Below are positions 9,434 through 18,491 of a stretch of 64,000 bases of DNA, one piece after another. The notes below the pieces were generated by a model, which made no database searches, was not told the origin of the DNA, and saw only the letters and a list, made by a program, of their open reading frames with translations. Each line of letters begins with the position of its first letter. Position 1 is the first letter of the stretch. The DNA lies in the IMG/VR virus record IMGVR_UViG_3300024262_000013. One strand, written 5' to 3'. This DNA comes from a virus. Lineage: Duplodnaviria > Caudoviricetes. Made by a program: the position numbers and the translations under genes.

Positions 9434-10217
9434 TTTTTTTGCGTCTACATTTCTCAGGCGGCGGGTCTTTATAAAACTTTCTATTATAAACCTCAAGGTT
9501 ATAACTCCAAAGTTTCCTCAATGTATTATATAAGAGATTCCTTTATATAGAGTCTATAAGATAATACCCACCCATTACATATACACAGTAAAAGAAAGGG
9601 ATATTATATGGATATACATATAAAGGTTAAGAAAATAGGGTATCTATATGGATAAACATATAATCCCCGTAAAACAGGGTGGAGAGACAGTCTTATATAA
9701 TAAACACTACCTATAATTCTCCGTAAGGAGAAGAAAACCAAAGAGTAGTGTGGTTAAAGACTCATATATACCACCCTCTTATAATTAAATCACCTAAAAA
9801 CACGGTTTCATCTACGAAACGCTCTACAAAACACCACTTAGAACACCATTAACAGTGATATAGGGATGGTACCCTATAACTATTTCTAAATAGGGGATTC
9901 CGACAGTAAGGGAGGGGGTTATGACCATTAGTGAATACAATCACTAAAAAGTATAACTAATCAGGGATTTCACCGATGAAAAGAGGGTTTTTTAGGTATC
10001 TGTCGGAATAAACTCTTTGGAAATACCATTAGATGGTGTGAATATAATGATTTAATATACTTAATTAATCATTCATATGCCGGTATCGGATATTTCGGAC
10101 CGTTTTTCTCGACCTTCGGTCGGTCTTTTTGTTCTAAAAATTTTTTTTTAACGGGTCCTTCGTCCCGTATTAATAACACTATTTTAAGAAAGTCTTGAAA
10201 CATAAGGTGGTCACATA
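9434..10217. other. long structured non-coding region (candidate large ncRNA, origin or packaging site)
   Basis: No credible ORF; many nested inverted repeats, e.g. GGGTGG/CCACCC, ACACTAC/GTAGTGT, TTCTCC-GTAA-GGAGAA, ATTCCGACAG/CTGTCGGAAT; palindromic repeat TATATGGATAWACATATA at 9605 and 9645. Confidence 0.6.
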
Positions 10218-10228
10218 TATTTATATGT

Positions 10229-10744
10229 ATGGATTTTAATTTAATGAATAACATGTTTAATAAGATAATGCCTAAATCATATGATGATATTGCTAAATAT
10301 TCTAATATGGTTATGGACCACGAGGTATTAGATGGTAAGATAAAGGATATTGAATTAGACTTCGAACCCTCTAAAGAACCAATTAAATACGGTGGTTATG
10401 AAATGATACAACCGGGTACTCTCGTAATTAATGTGATTTTAAATACAGAAGGTTTTTATGAAATATCTGATAGTGTACCGGCCATTCAAGATACATTTAA
10501 ATTACGTCCTGAACTTGAAGCCGATAGTTTCTTAGAATTTAATGGATACGAATTTATTAAAAACATCCTCTTCCCATATATCGAGAAAAAGTTTCTTAGG
10601 TTAATGGGTTTATCATTAGGTGATGTACCTTATGTTGACTTCAATCTCGTTAACCATAAAGGTGAAACAATACTAACTTACGATGAAGATTTAGATACCT
10701 TTATTGGTTCAAAAAATAGTAGTGTTTGGAAAAAGATGTCTTAA
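10229..10744 (+). CDS. hypothetical protein (171 aa)
   Basis: ORF track; TATTTATA at 10218-10225. Confidence 0.75.
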   Translation: MDFNLMNNMFNKIMPKSYDDIAKYSNMVMDHEVLDGKIKDIELDFEPSKEPIKYGGYEMIQPGTLVINVILNTEGFYEISDSVPAIQDTFKLRPELEADSFLEFNGYEFIKNILFPYIEKKFLRLMGLSLGDVPYVDFNLVNHKGETILTYDEDLDTFIGSKNSSVWKKMS

Positions 10745-11628
10745 AGTTTATACTTACCCTTATTAGTTTCTAACCAACCAATAAATATCGAGAGAATCTC
10801 TGATTGTGATTCAGTATTATAGTTATGCATATTATCATTAAACATACCACCATAACTACGTAAATTAACGAGTGATAACATTCCTATATTTTCCATGAAG
10901 TGGTTTTGATAGTTCATACCATTTGATATTAATTTATCCCAAAATAGTTCCAGTGACGCTCCATCTCCTTCAACAGAGGTTTCCCAAATAGAATTTGAAA
11001 TAGATTCAAATATTGTATTAGGGTCCACCAACATGTTTCCTGTAGAAGACCCTAAATCTACCGAGTCTAAAAAGTCTACTATTGTATTTCGATTAAACTC
11101 ATTACCATTTAGTGTTATTTTTTTGGTATCGTTTATATTGGTGGTGTACATTAATGAATCCGCATCCACTATTTCAATATAGGTTTCTAAAACATTATCG
11201 AATGATTCTAATCTATATAATCCCTGTGGATAATCAGGTAAATCTATTGAATAGTATTTTTTTAATTTAGATTCTACGTCAACTAAATCTTTTTTAAGGT
11301 TATCGTCAATTGTTATTCTATCTCCAAGTCTCTCACCGTTCAATAATATATTATTGAAATCAAGTAACCCAACAGTACTTTTAGGTATGTTAAAATATTT
11401 GGAATCTTTCGCAAAGAATGCCATAAACATATTACGAAACATTTGTTTAGTTCTAAGGGGTAAATCAAAGTTACCTTCAGCGAAGATATCTACAGAAATT
11501 CTATTTTCAGGTAATAGCTCATAATCATAAGTTAAATCTAAACCCATATAGTTAGACCTAGATTGGTTCATAAACTTAAACAACATTCCGTATTTTGTTT
11601 CGGCATCTTTATTATTACTCATACCCAT
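10741..11628 (-). CDS. hypothetical protein (about 295 aa; start may be 11622)
   Basis: ORF track; shares TTAA stop site with the previous gene. Confidence 0.75.
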   Translation of the reverse strand: MGMSNNKDAETKYGMLFKFMNQSRSNYMGLDLTYDYELLPENRISVDIFAEGNFDLPLRTKQMFRNMFMAFFAKDSKYFNIPKSTVGLLDFNNILLNGERLGDRITIDDNLKKDLVDVESKLKKYYSIDLPDYPQGLYRLESFDNVLETYIEIVDADSLMYTTNINDTKKITLNGNEFNRNTIVDFLDSVDLGSSTGNMLVDPNTIFESISNSIWETSVEGDGASLELFWDKLISNGMNYQNHFMENIGMLSLVNLRSYGGMFNDNMHNYNTESQSEILSIFIGWLETNKGKYKL

Positions 11629-11676
11629 AAATACTTATAAAAACTATATTTAACTAATTAGTTGATATTTATTTAC

Positions 11677-12039
11677 ATGAGTAATAAAGTTACATTGGAA
11701 CTATTGAGAGACTTTTTCGTTATGCTTGGACCTAAGAGACCTAGTGGTCTTTTTGACTTCAAGGTAATACCTCTAAGTGGGTCAAGTGACCATTCACATA
11801 CCCTTTCATTTGAGTTACCTGATGAATTGAAAGAACAGTTGAGTATTAAAGAAAATATGTTACCATTAAAAGCCAGTTCTTTAGAGAATTTGATATTATC
11901 TTACATGAGTAGTGAGGGAGAGGTTAATCAAAAGTTTATGAATCTTATAGAGTTTTTAAGTGCTCTACCTGATTTTAAAAAAAAGATTGACAACTATTTT
12001 GAAAATCAAAATATAAGTATTATATTTGATTTTAAATAG
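11677..12039 (+). CDS. hypothetical protein
   Basis: ORF track; start moved to MSNKV after TATTTAT at 11666-11672. Confidence 0.7.
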   Translation: MSNKVTLELLRDFFVMLGPKRPSGLFDFKVIPLSGSSDHSHTLSFELPDELKEQLSIKENMLPLKASSLENLILSYMSSEGEVNQKFMNLIEFLSALPDFKKKIDNYFENQNISIIFDFK

Positions 12040-12067
12040 TGTTCCATAAATTAATTAAATAGAGAGA

Positions 12068-12286
12068 ATGGGAAATGCAGAAAAAATTGGTATCATTGAA
12101 AATAAAATTAAACACTTAGAGAAAGAAATGACGGGTATACAAAAATCGTGTACTCACAAAGAAACTCGTGTAAAATTTAAAGACGGGACTAATAACATGA
12201 GGTTATATTGTTGTGAATGTAATCGAGAGTTAGGTATCCCTAATAATCAAGAAGTAGTTAACTTCTTAAACGTAAAAAAAATATAA
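12068..12286 (+). CDS. small coiled-coil plus Zn-ribbon-like protein
   Basis: CTH...CCECN motif. Confidence 0.6.
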   Translation: MGNAEKIGIIENKIKHLEKEMTGIQKSCTHKETRVKFKDGTNNMRLYCCECNRELGIPNNQEVVNFLNVKKI

Positions 12287-12289
12287 AAT

Positions 12290-12421
12290 ATGGCTTGTGA
12301 AAATTGTACTTGTAGCAAAGAAAAATGTCTAAATGAAGGATGTACGTGTGAAAACTGTACATGTAAGTTTAAAGGTAATATCTCTGAAGAGAGTAAACAT
12401 ATGTCTCCGTATGACAGGTAA
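12290..12421 (+). CDS. metallothionein-like Cys-rich peptide (43 aa), not in the ORF track
   Basis: MACENCTCSKEKCLNEGCTCENCTCKFKGNISEESKHMSPYDR; 8 Cys, CENCTC twice; A-rich upstream. Confidence 0.6.
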   Translation: MACENCTCSKEKCLNEGCTCENCTCKFKGNISEESKHMSPYDR

Positions 12422-12465
12422 TCTGTTGTTGTAGGAGTTTAGGGCCGCTTATAGTTATGAGCGAT

Positions 12466-12499
12466 TAAGGGGAGAGGTTTCGCTACCATCTCCCTTTTT
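12466..12499. terminator. hairpin terminator (probably bidirectional)
   Basis: AAGGGGAGA-GGT-TTCGCT-ACC-A-TCTCCCTT followed by a T-run, between convergent genes. Confidence 0.65.
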
Positions 12500-13259
12500 A
12501 TTTTCTATAACCTTTAATTTCTTTTCGATTGGCGATATCAATTAAACTTTTTAATTTACGAACTCTACCCGATATTACTGATTGCATTAACTCTAATGTT
12601 TCTATATCGTATTCACCATTAACAAAACCCATAAAGTCTTCAGATTTAATTTCAGGTTGAACCTCATCGGTTTCAATATCTTCATTCATTTTAACTCCCG
12701 TCTCAATCTCTTCAATAGTATCAACTTCTTGTTCTACATCCCAAGTGTCGTACCAATCCTCACCTTTAAGAGTACCATCAGCAAGTTCTAAATCACTAGT
12801 TTGTTCAATTAAATATTTTAAGTAAAATGGGTTATATGCAGTTTCAATTAACTCATATCTATCAGATTTTCTACCTGAATAAGTTTCATCACCAATAACT
12901 CTATACGTTTTACTTTTAGGTATAATATAATTGGATTTATCAGTATTTCCGGTAATAAGTTTTCCTTTGTTGATGACCATAAACTCACCTATAAAATCTA
13001 ATTCATCGTAATCTAACTTTGAGATACCAAATAGTTTTATGGTCTTTTCTAAAGACTTTAAAAAACCACCAGAAACTCCATCATCTTCAAGTAGGTTAAG
13101 GTTTTCGTATGTGGTAATATCATCAATAAAGGACGGGTCAATATTATACAAATAATTTAATGCTGACACCAATTTTTCAATATTAACCGGTGCGGTCACA
13201 GGTTTTTGTTCCTGTTCACTTATCATCATTAAACTTCTTATTCTTTTATATTGCGACAT
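12498..13259 (-). CDS. acidic hypothetical protein with RIRSLMMISE leader
   Basis: ORF track. Confidence 0.75.
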   Translation of the reverse strand: MSQYKRIRSLMMISEQEQKPVTAPVNIEKLVSALNYLYNIDPSFIDDITTYENLNLLEDDGVSGGFLKSLEKTIKLFGISKLDYDELDFIGEFMVINKGKLITGNTDKSNYIIPKSKTYRVIGDETYSGRKSDRYELIETAYNPFYLKYLIEQTSDLELADGTLKGEDWYDTWDVEQEVDTIEEIETGVKMNEDIETDEVQPEIKSEDFMGFVNGEYDIETLELMQSVISGRVRKLKSLIDIANRKEIKGYRK

Positions 13260-13311
13260 ATCTTCTATTTTTAAATAAATATCGTAATATTTATAATAAA
13301 GTTTAAAACGA

Positions 13312-14154
13312 ATGGATAAATCAAAAATCGCCGAAGTAGTAAAAAAGTTTATTGAGAAAACTTTAAATAACGCAAAGACATCTAAACCTGGTGTAAGTTA
13401 TATTATTAATCGAATACTAAAATTACCAGCACTTAAGTTATTAGTGACTAATAATTTTACCCCTAAAGAAATAGTGGAATTAGCTTATATCGTATTTTAT
13501 TTGTTTGAGGGATACAGTTTTACGGAAGCGGATTGGAAAAGTAAAAACGAAGTGTATCTCGTTGTCTTAAATGAAGTGGGTGACAGTTATAGTCGAGAGG
13601 TTTCTTGTGATGATTGTTATGGTAATGGTCATTTAGAATGTGAGGAATGTGATGGTGAGGGTGAAATGGATTGTGATGAATGTGAAGGTACAGGTACAAC
13701 AACATCAGATGCTGATGATTCGAATGAGGATTGTGGTGGTTGTGATGGATTTTCACGGAGGTCTTGTGGTAATTGTGAGGGAGAAGCTCAAATAGAATGT
13801 CAATCTTGTGAAGGTAGAGGTGAGGTTGAAAATGAAGATGAAAGTATTTTCTTTAATAAAGTGGTTTGGTTTATCGGTGACCAAAACATGAAAGAAACTT
13901 TATCTGATATGAAATCAGAACTCGGAGAGGACTATACCGATAAGGTCTACGATTTATTTGACACATCAAAAGGTAGTGTATTTTTATCTATTAACATTAG
14001 CGAATGGGACTTCGAAGATTTATTTAGTTTTGGACAAGAAAATGGGTACGATATAGAAGGTCATACTCGAATTGAATCAATAATACCTATCGAGAATACT
14101 GAACCTAAAACCTACAAAATAGAGGATGACAATATTAGGTATCGGTTAATTTAA
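13312..14154 (+). CDS. protein with DnaJ-type CxxCxGxG zinc-finger repeats
   Basis: CDDCYGNG, CEECDGEG, CDECEGTG, CGGCDG, CGNCEG, CQSCEGRG; no J-domain HPD seen. Confidence 0.75.
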   Translation: MDKSKIAEVVKKFIEKTLNNAKTSKPGVSYIINRILKLPALKLLVTNNFTPKEIVELAYIVFYLFEGYSFTEADWKSKNEVYLVVLNEVGDSYSREVSCDDCYGNGHLECEECDGEGEMDCDECEGTGTTTSDADDSNEDCGGCDGFSRRSCGNCEGEAQIECQSCEGRGEVENEDESIFFNKVVWFIGDQNMKETLSDMKSELGEDYTDKVYDLFDTSKGSVFLSINISEWDFEDLFSFGQENGYDIEGHTRIESIIPIENTEPKTYKIEDDNIRYRLI

Positions 14155-14432
14155 ATACCGTATTTATTAATAAATCTTTTAATTTTTTTAATGTCTCCAA
14201 AAGACTTTAAAATAATCGTACCACCATCCTTAGTGATGTTGATTGAAAGATTTTTAATATCGTAAATAATTTGATGTGTAATAGTTTTCTTAACTAATAC
14301 ATTATCGTTAAGTGGAGATAACGTAAAACCCTCACTAATAAGAAGTTCTTGTATTTCATCTTGAGGAATAAATTGTTTTTTTATCTCTTTAGATTTAAAT
14401 AAGTTTTTTATAAAATTAATCATTTTTTTCAT
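14151..14432 (-). CDS. hypothetical protein (93 aa)
   Basis: ORF track. Confidence 0.6.
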   Translation of the reverse strand: MKKMINFIKNLFKSKEIKKQFIPQDEIQELLISEGFTLSPLNDNVLVKKTITHQIIYDIKNLSINITKDGGTIILKSFGDIKKIKRFINKYGI

Positions 14433-14724
14433 CTATTAGTGGGAACTCTTTATCGATACGTAATAATTTAGTTTGTAACCATTTGTTATAGGTCTTATCA
14501 TCTTCTAAAATACCATATCTTTTTAATGTAGTTCTAAGAGTTTCTACTTCACCTCTTAGGTCTTCCATTAATTTCCAAATATCCATAGGCGCTTTACTTA
14601 TACTTTGAGAAGTAATTGTGGTGTGACCTTCAGACTGTAACCATTTTCTTATATCAATGTACATATCGACAATCTTATTATCGTCTTTAGTTTTATCTAA
14701 AAATTTTTCCATTGATGTACCCAT
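14416..14724 (-). CDS. hypothetical protein (102 aa)
   Basis: ORF track; TATTTATA on minus at 14735-14728. Confidence 0.7.
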   Translation of the reverse strand: MGTSMEKFLDKTKDDNKIVDMYIDIRKWLQSEGHTTITSQSISKAPMDIWKLMEDLRGEVETLRTTLKRYGILEDDKTYNKWLQTKLLRIDKEFPLIDEKND

Positions 14725-14749
14725 AACTATAAATATGTGTTAGTATTAA

Positions 14750-15004
14750 TTAATATAACTCCTCAAGTATATTATTATACACTACTTTTCCATTACCGTT
14801 TAGGGTGTTGTTAGTTTTATATTGTTGTATACCAAGAGTACCCGTATTTGATTGTAACCAAAATGAGGCTGAAGGAATGGTCTCTATAGTGTATTCACTA
14901 ATGTCTTCAATATTAAGAACATTAAAAATTTCGTTTAAGTCTTTTTGTGTAAAACTACCGTGTATCTTTATTGTTTTGTTTTCTAAGTCTAAGGTAAATT
15001 TCAT
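14750..15004 (-). CDS. hypothetical protein (84 aa)
   Basis: ORF track. Confidence 0.65.
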   Translation of the reverse strand: MKFTLDLENKTIKIHGSFTQKDLNEIFNVLNIEDISEYTIETIPSASFWLQSNTGTLGIQQYKTNNTLNGNGKVVYNNILEELY

Positions 15005-15258
15005 TTTTTATCTTTATTTTTACAATTATTTTCTTTAGTGTAACAGTATCCGTCATGAATATTGTTCCATAAATAATATAGTAAAAAAACAGATATAAGT
15101 AAAGAAACGGATTCAACTAACCAAAATTCCATAGTGTATCCTAACTCACTTATAATAAAACCTTTTATAGTGTCTACGACAGATAAAAGGGATAACCCAA
15201 ACACGATTAATATCACTTTTTGATATTTTAACATAGTTTTTAGGTAATTATTTTTCAT
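15001..15258 (-). CDS. small 2-TM membrane protein
   Basis: Two hydrophobic segments. Confidence 0.65.
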   Translation of the reverse strand: MKNNYLKTMLKYQKVILIVFGLSLLSVVDTIKGFIISELGYTMEFWLVESVSLLISVFLLYYLWNNIHDGYCYTKENNCKNKDKK

Positions 15259-15259
15259 T

Positions 15260-15883
15260 TTACAAGTAGGTGTCTAATGTGTCAGCATCGGTACTAAACT
15301 CATCTATAAAGTCTTGAGTGAATTTACCATCTTTTTTAATAAATTCTTCAGGTATCGGACTAAAAACCCAGTCTAAACATAGTATAGCGACTAAATGCTT
15401 TTCTTTATCGTATATTGGTACCGCACAATGACCCTTAGTGCCACTTGAAGAAGATAAGGACCTTAAACCAATATCGCTCATATCCTCTATATTAGGATAA
15501 TACATAATACCATTCATAGTATCTGTGATATAGCTAGTAAAACTCGTAATTAAGTGGTTTTGATTTTTTTCGGCTTTTCGTTCTAACCCGTCAGAACATC
15601 TTTCATAGGTTATTGATAATTTTTGCATCGGTGATGTTGTGTAAAAACTACCCCCATTGTGGAACTGCCAAATATAAACACGGTCAGCGTTATACCTACG
15701 TCTAACATCTCTAATAGCTAAATGTACAATCTCATCTTTTTTGATTTGCTCCATTAACCTAACTTTAGACCTATTTTTTTCTTGTTTGTCACTCATCCGT
15801 CTGAAAAATCCAGCACCTACCAACGCAATTACGATTGAGGTAACTGAAGTGACTAATACTTCTAAAATTCTAATCAAATCCAT
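15260..15883 (-). CDS. N-terminal TM plus GAF-like domain protein, possible T4-T-type holin
   Basis: One N-terminal TM, then NADRVYIWQFHNGG...HCAVPIYD...VAILCLDW GAF-like pattern. Confidence 0.5.
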   Translation of the reverse strand: MDLIRILEVLVTSVTSIVIALVGAGFFRRMSDKQEKNRSKVRLMEQIKKDEIVHLAIRDVRRRYNADRVYIWQFHNGGSFYTTSPMQKLSITYERCSDGLERKAEKNQNHLITSFTSYITDTMNGIMYYPNIEDMSDIGLRSLSSSSGTKGHCAVPIYDKEKHLVAILCLDWVFSPIPEEFIKKDGKFTQDFIDEFSTDADTLDTYL

Positions 15884-15916
15884 TAATTTCTTTTTTATAT
15901 CTAATAAATATAACGA

Positions 15917-16156
15917 TTAATGTAGTTTTTCACTATTTTCATCTCGTTTAACACCAATATTAATTTTATACCATAACCTTTCGTGTATAAAATACAGTAT
16001 CATCTTTGTGACTACTTCAAATGAACCTATAGTTAATCCAACCATAGGGTCTCCAGAGACCGCCCAACCGATTAATATTGTGTCAATGGTACCAACTATT
16101 CTCCATGTAATAGTTTTGAGTACGTGTCTTGCGATAGTTACTTTTGATTTGCTCAT
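15917..16156 (-). CDS. DUF2061-like small membrane protein
   Basis: RHVLKTITWRIVGTIDT...KMILYFIHERLW matches my recollection of DUF2061. Confidence 0.7.
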   Translation of the reverse strand: MSKSKVTIARHVLKTITWRIVGTIDTILIGWAVSGDPMVGLTIGSFEVVTKMILYFIHERLWYKINIGVKRDENSEKLH

Positions 16157-16195
16157 AATATATTAAATATTCGAGTATAAAATACTAAAGTAAAT

Positions 16196-16228
16196 AAAAA
16201 CCCTCTAATAGTTAGTTAGAGGGTTTTT
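16196..16228. terminator. intrinsic terminator after clpP
   Basis: AAAAACCCTCTAA-TAGTTAG-TTAGAGGGTTTTT. Confidence 0.8.
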
Positions 16229-16233
16229 ATGAG

Positions 16234-16908
16234 TTATATCTTTTTAGACTTTATAACCTCATCAATAATACCGTATTTTACGGCTTCTTCAGCGGATAAC
16301 CATAAATCACGAGAAGCGTCTTGTTTCACAACATCAGAGTCCTTATCACAAAACTCACCTAATAAATTAAATAAAGTGTCATTTAATTTTTCCCACTCTC
16401 TCATAGTAATTGCCGCGTCTTGTATATTACCTACCGCTCCACCTGATGATTGATGTAACATCGTTCTTGAAAATCTAAGAGAAGAACGTTTACCTTTTGT
16501 ACCTGCACCTAATAGGATAGAACCCATTGACGCAGCTATACCGGTATTGACTGTGACAATATCAGATTTAATGTAATGCATAACATCAACCATTGATAGT
16601 CCAGATTTAACTGAACCACCTGGTGAATCGATATGCATCGTAATGTCCATATTATCTACAGAATCTAAATACATGAGTTGAGCTTGTACTACAGTTGACA
16701 TCGCATCGTTTACTGTTCCCGCAACCCATAATAGTCGGTCCCTCATTAGTCTTGAAAAAATATCTAATTGAGTTGCCCTCATTTCTCTTTCCTCTAAAAT
16801 GTAAGGAGTCATTGAACCCTGTAGTTCTTTTTGATAATGGTGCATCGTCATTGATGATACATTATGTTCGCTCATCGCGTATTTTTGAAAGTCTTTTCCG
16901 TAATCCAT
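16234..16908 (-). CDS. clpP: ATP-dependent Clp protease proteolytic subunit
   Basis: DIFSRLMRDR, IDSPGGSV, GIAASMGS (catalytic Ser), MLHQ (His), RDLWL (Asp); real start MDYGKDF at 16908, with TACCTTTG promoter at 16953-16946. Confidence 0.95.
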   Translation of the reverse strand: MDYGKDFQKYAMSEHNVSSMTMHHYQKELQGSMTPYILEEREMRATQLDIFSRLMRDRLLWVAGTVNDAMSTVVQAQLMYLDSVDNMDITMHIDSPGGSVKSGLSMVDVMHYIKSDIVTVNTGIAASMGSILLGAGTKGKRSSLRFSRTMLHQSSGGAVGNIQDAAITMREWEKLNDTLFNLLGEFCDKDSDVVKQDASRDLWLSAEEAVKYGIIDEVIKSKKI

Positions 16909-16978
16909 ATTTTTAATTTTAGTTGTGACGTTATATTTATTAATACAAAGGTAAGTAAAAAAAGCCAAATAGAAAAGT

Positions 16979-18040
16979 ATGAGGATAAAATTAAATGAGG
17001 CGGTAGGTGTTCCAAAAGGTATCGTAGATGCTGGAGAAAAATTATATGACGATTTTAAACGTAAGGTTATACCTATGTTAAAAGACGGACAAACAGAATA
17101 TAAAGTTAATTTTAAACCTAATGAACCATACACTATTGGTGACGAGGAAATTAATAATGTTGAAATAGATTTAACCCTTAGACCTGACAGTGATAAGTAT
17201 GGTGAATCGAATATGCAAGTCTATAGGAAAAATACTATTAGTAAGGTCGGTGATGATTATGTATTAATGAAAGTTAATAAAAATGGTACCGTAATTTTAT
17301 CTATAGATAAACCTGTTCCTGAGGATTGGTCTATTGATGAGGTAATAAAATCTATCAATAAGGGTAAAGTTCATACAGTAAGTGCATTATCTCACGAATT
17401 AAAACACGAATACGATGATTTAAAAACACCTTACAGTAATGTTAAAAACGTGTCAGAATACCAATCAAATACTGAAATGTTTGATTTTCCTATCGGAGCA
17501 ATACAAAGAATGTTTTATGATTTATATTATTTGGATAATATTGAAAATTCAGTAAGACCAACAGAGTTATATGCTAAATTAAAAACTTTAGGTATTGGTA
17601 AGTCAGGGTTTTTAGAGTTCCTACGGAAAGAATATTTTATAGTTATGGAGTCTATGAAATTCAGCGTTGATGAGATGGTTAGGGAGATATACACAAAAAT
17701 GGATTCAGTTGACAACCTACTTAGTCAAGTTGATATTGGTACCGACATTAAAAACCTAAGTGACGATGAAAAGGTTAATTTAGTTTTAAGGGTTGCATAT
17801 ATAAGTGCGTCTAACAATAGAAGACAGAATTATGGGGATTCATTAGTGGATGACGAGTTAGAAGCTGAAATTGGGTTTGTTGGTGATAAAGCTAAACAAT
17901 TTGGTAAATATGAGAAAGGTTTTGACAAGTATGAAAACGACATTATGAGGTTTTATAAAGATATTGAAAAATATTTAAAAACTACCTCAACTAAAGTACT
18001 AAAAAAACTCGGTAAAGTTTACTCACTATTACCTGATTAA
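16979..18040 (+). CDS. HExxH metallopeptidase-like putative virion protein
   Basis: LSHELKHEY motif; leader MRIKLNE. Confidence 0.55.
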   Translation: MRIKLNEAVGVPKGIVDAGEKLYDDFKRKVIPMLKDGQTEYKVNFKPNEPYTIGDEEINNVEIDLTLRPDSDKYGESNMQVYRKNTISKVGDDYVLMKVNKNGTVILSIDKPVPEDWSIDEVIKSINKGKVHTVSALSHELKHEYDDLKTPYSNVKNVSEYQSNTEMFDFPIGAIQRMFYDLYYLDNIENSVRPTELYAKLKTLGIGKSGFLEFLRKEYFIVMESMKFSVDEMVREIYTKMDSVDNLLSQVDIGTDIKNLSDDEKVNLVLRVAYISASNNRRQNYGDSLVDDELEAEIGFVGDKAKQFGKYEKGFDKYENDIMRFYKDIEKYLKTTSTKVLKKLGKVYSLLPD

Positions 18041-18047
18041 TTTAGTA

Positions 18048-18284
18048 TTATATATTACCATCAAGTTCTAATATCCTCATAACAATTTTATGGGATATCT
18101 CGTTCCACCTTTCAAAGTCATCTATATGTGTAGTGTTAAATAAATCAATCACTTCACTTGATAATGTACCACTTGTAACCAACGCGTCCGCATTTCCAAT
18201 ATATGTTCTAACACCGTCTATACCTTCTTTTTTGTATTTTTCAATTAACACCTCTTCGGTTATCCATCTTTTATGAAATCCCAT
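18048..18284 (-). CDS. hypothetical protein (78 aa)
   Basis: ORF track. Confidence 0.7.
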   Translation of the reverse strand: MGFHKRWITEEVLIEKYKKEGIDGVRTYIGNADALVTSGTLSSEVIDLFNTTHIDDFERWNEISHKIVMRILELDGNI

Positions 18285-18296
18285 AATTTTTATTTT

Positions 18297-18467
18297 CTAT
18301 TTATTGATGATTTGTTTTCTTAAATCTTTGTATTTTTTATTCCATTTAGCAATTTCTTCTCTATAACCCGCTTTAATTAACTCTTGTTTTTCAACTTCTT
18401 TTTTAAGTGACATTACTTCTTTTTCAAGAGTATCTATTTTAATTTCATATAATCGTCTATGTTCCAT
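18297..18467 (-). CDS. small coiled-coil protein (56 aa), not in the ORF track
   Basis: MEHRRLYEIKIDTLEKEV...KQIINK read by eye; fills the intergenic gap. Confidence 0.5.
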   Translation of the reverse strand: MEHRRLYEIKIDTLEKEVMSLKKEVEKQELIKAGYREEIAKWNKKYKDLRKQIINK

Positions 18468-18491
18468 ATTTTAGTTATTTGTATCTTTGTT

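Noticed and set aside
9505-9520. RNase P RNA (minus-strand GAGGAAAC resembles GAGGAAAGUCC)
   Set aside because: The rest of the P4 consensus and the 3' conserved region were not found
10069-10254. 61-aa minus-strand ORF
   Set aside because: Runs through GC-rich hairpins and overlaps the start of 10229; probably spurious
16909-17133. N-terminal extension of ClpP in the ORF track
   Set aside because: Overlaps the opposite gene 16979 and contains the promoter; real start is 16908
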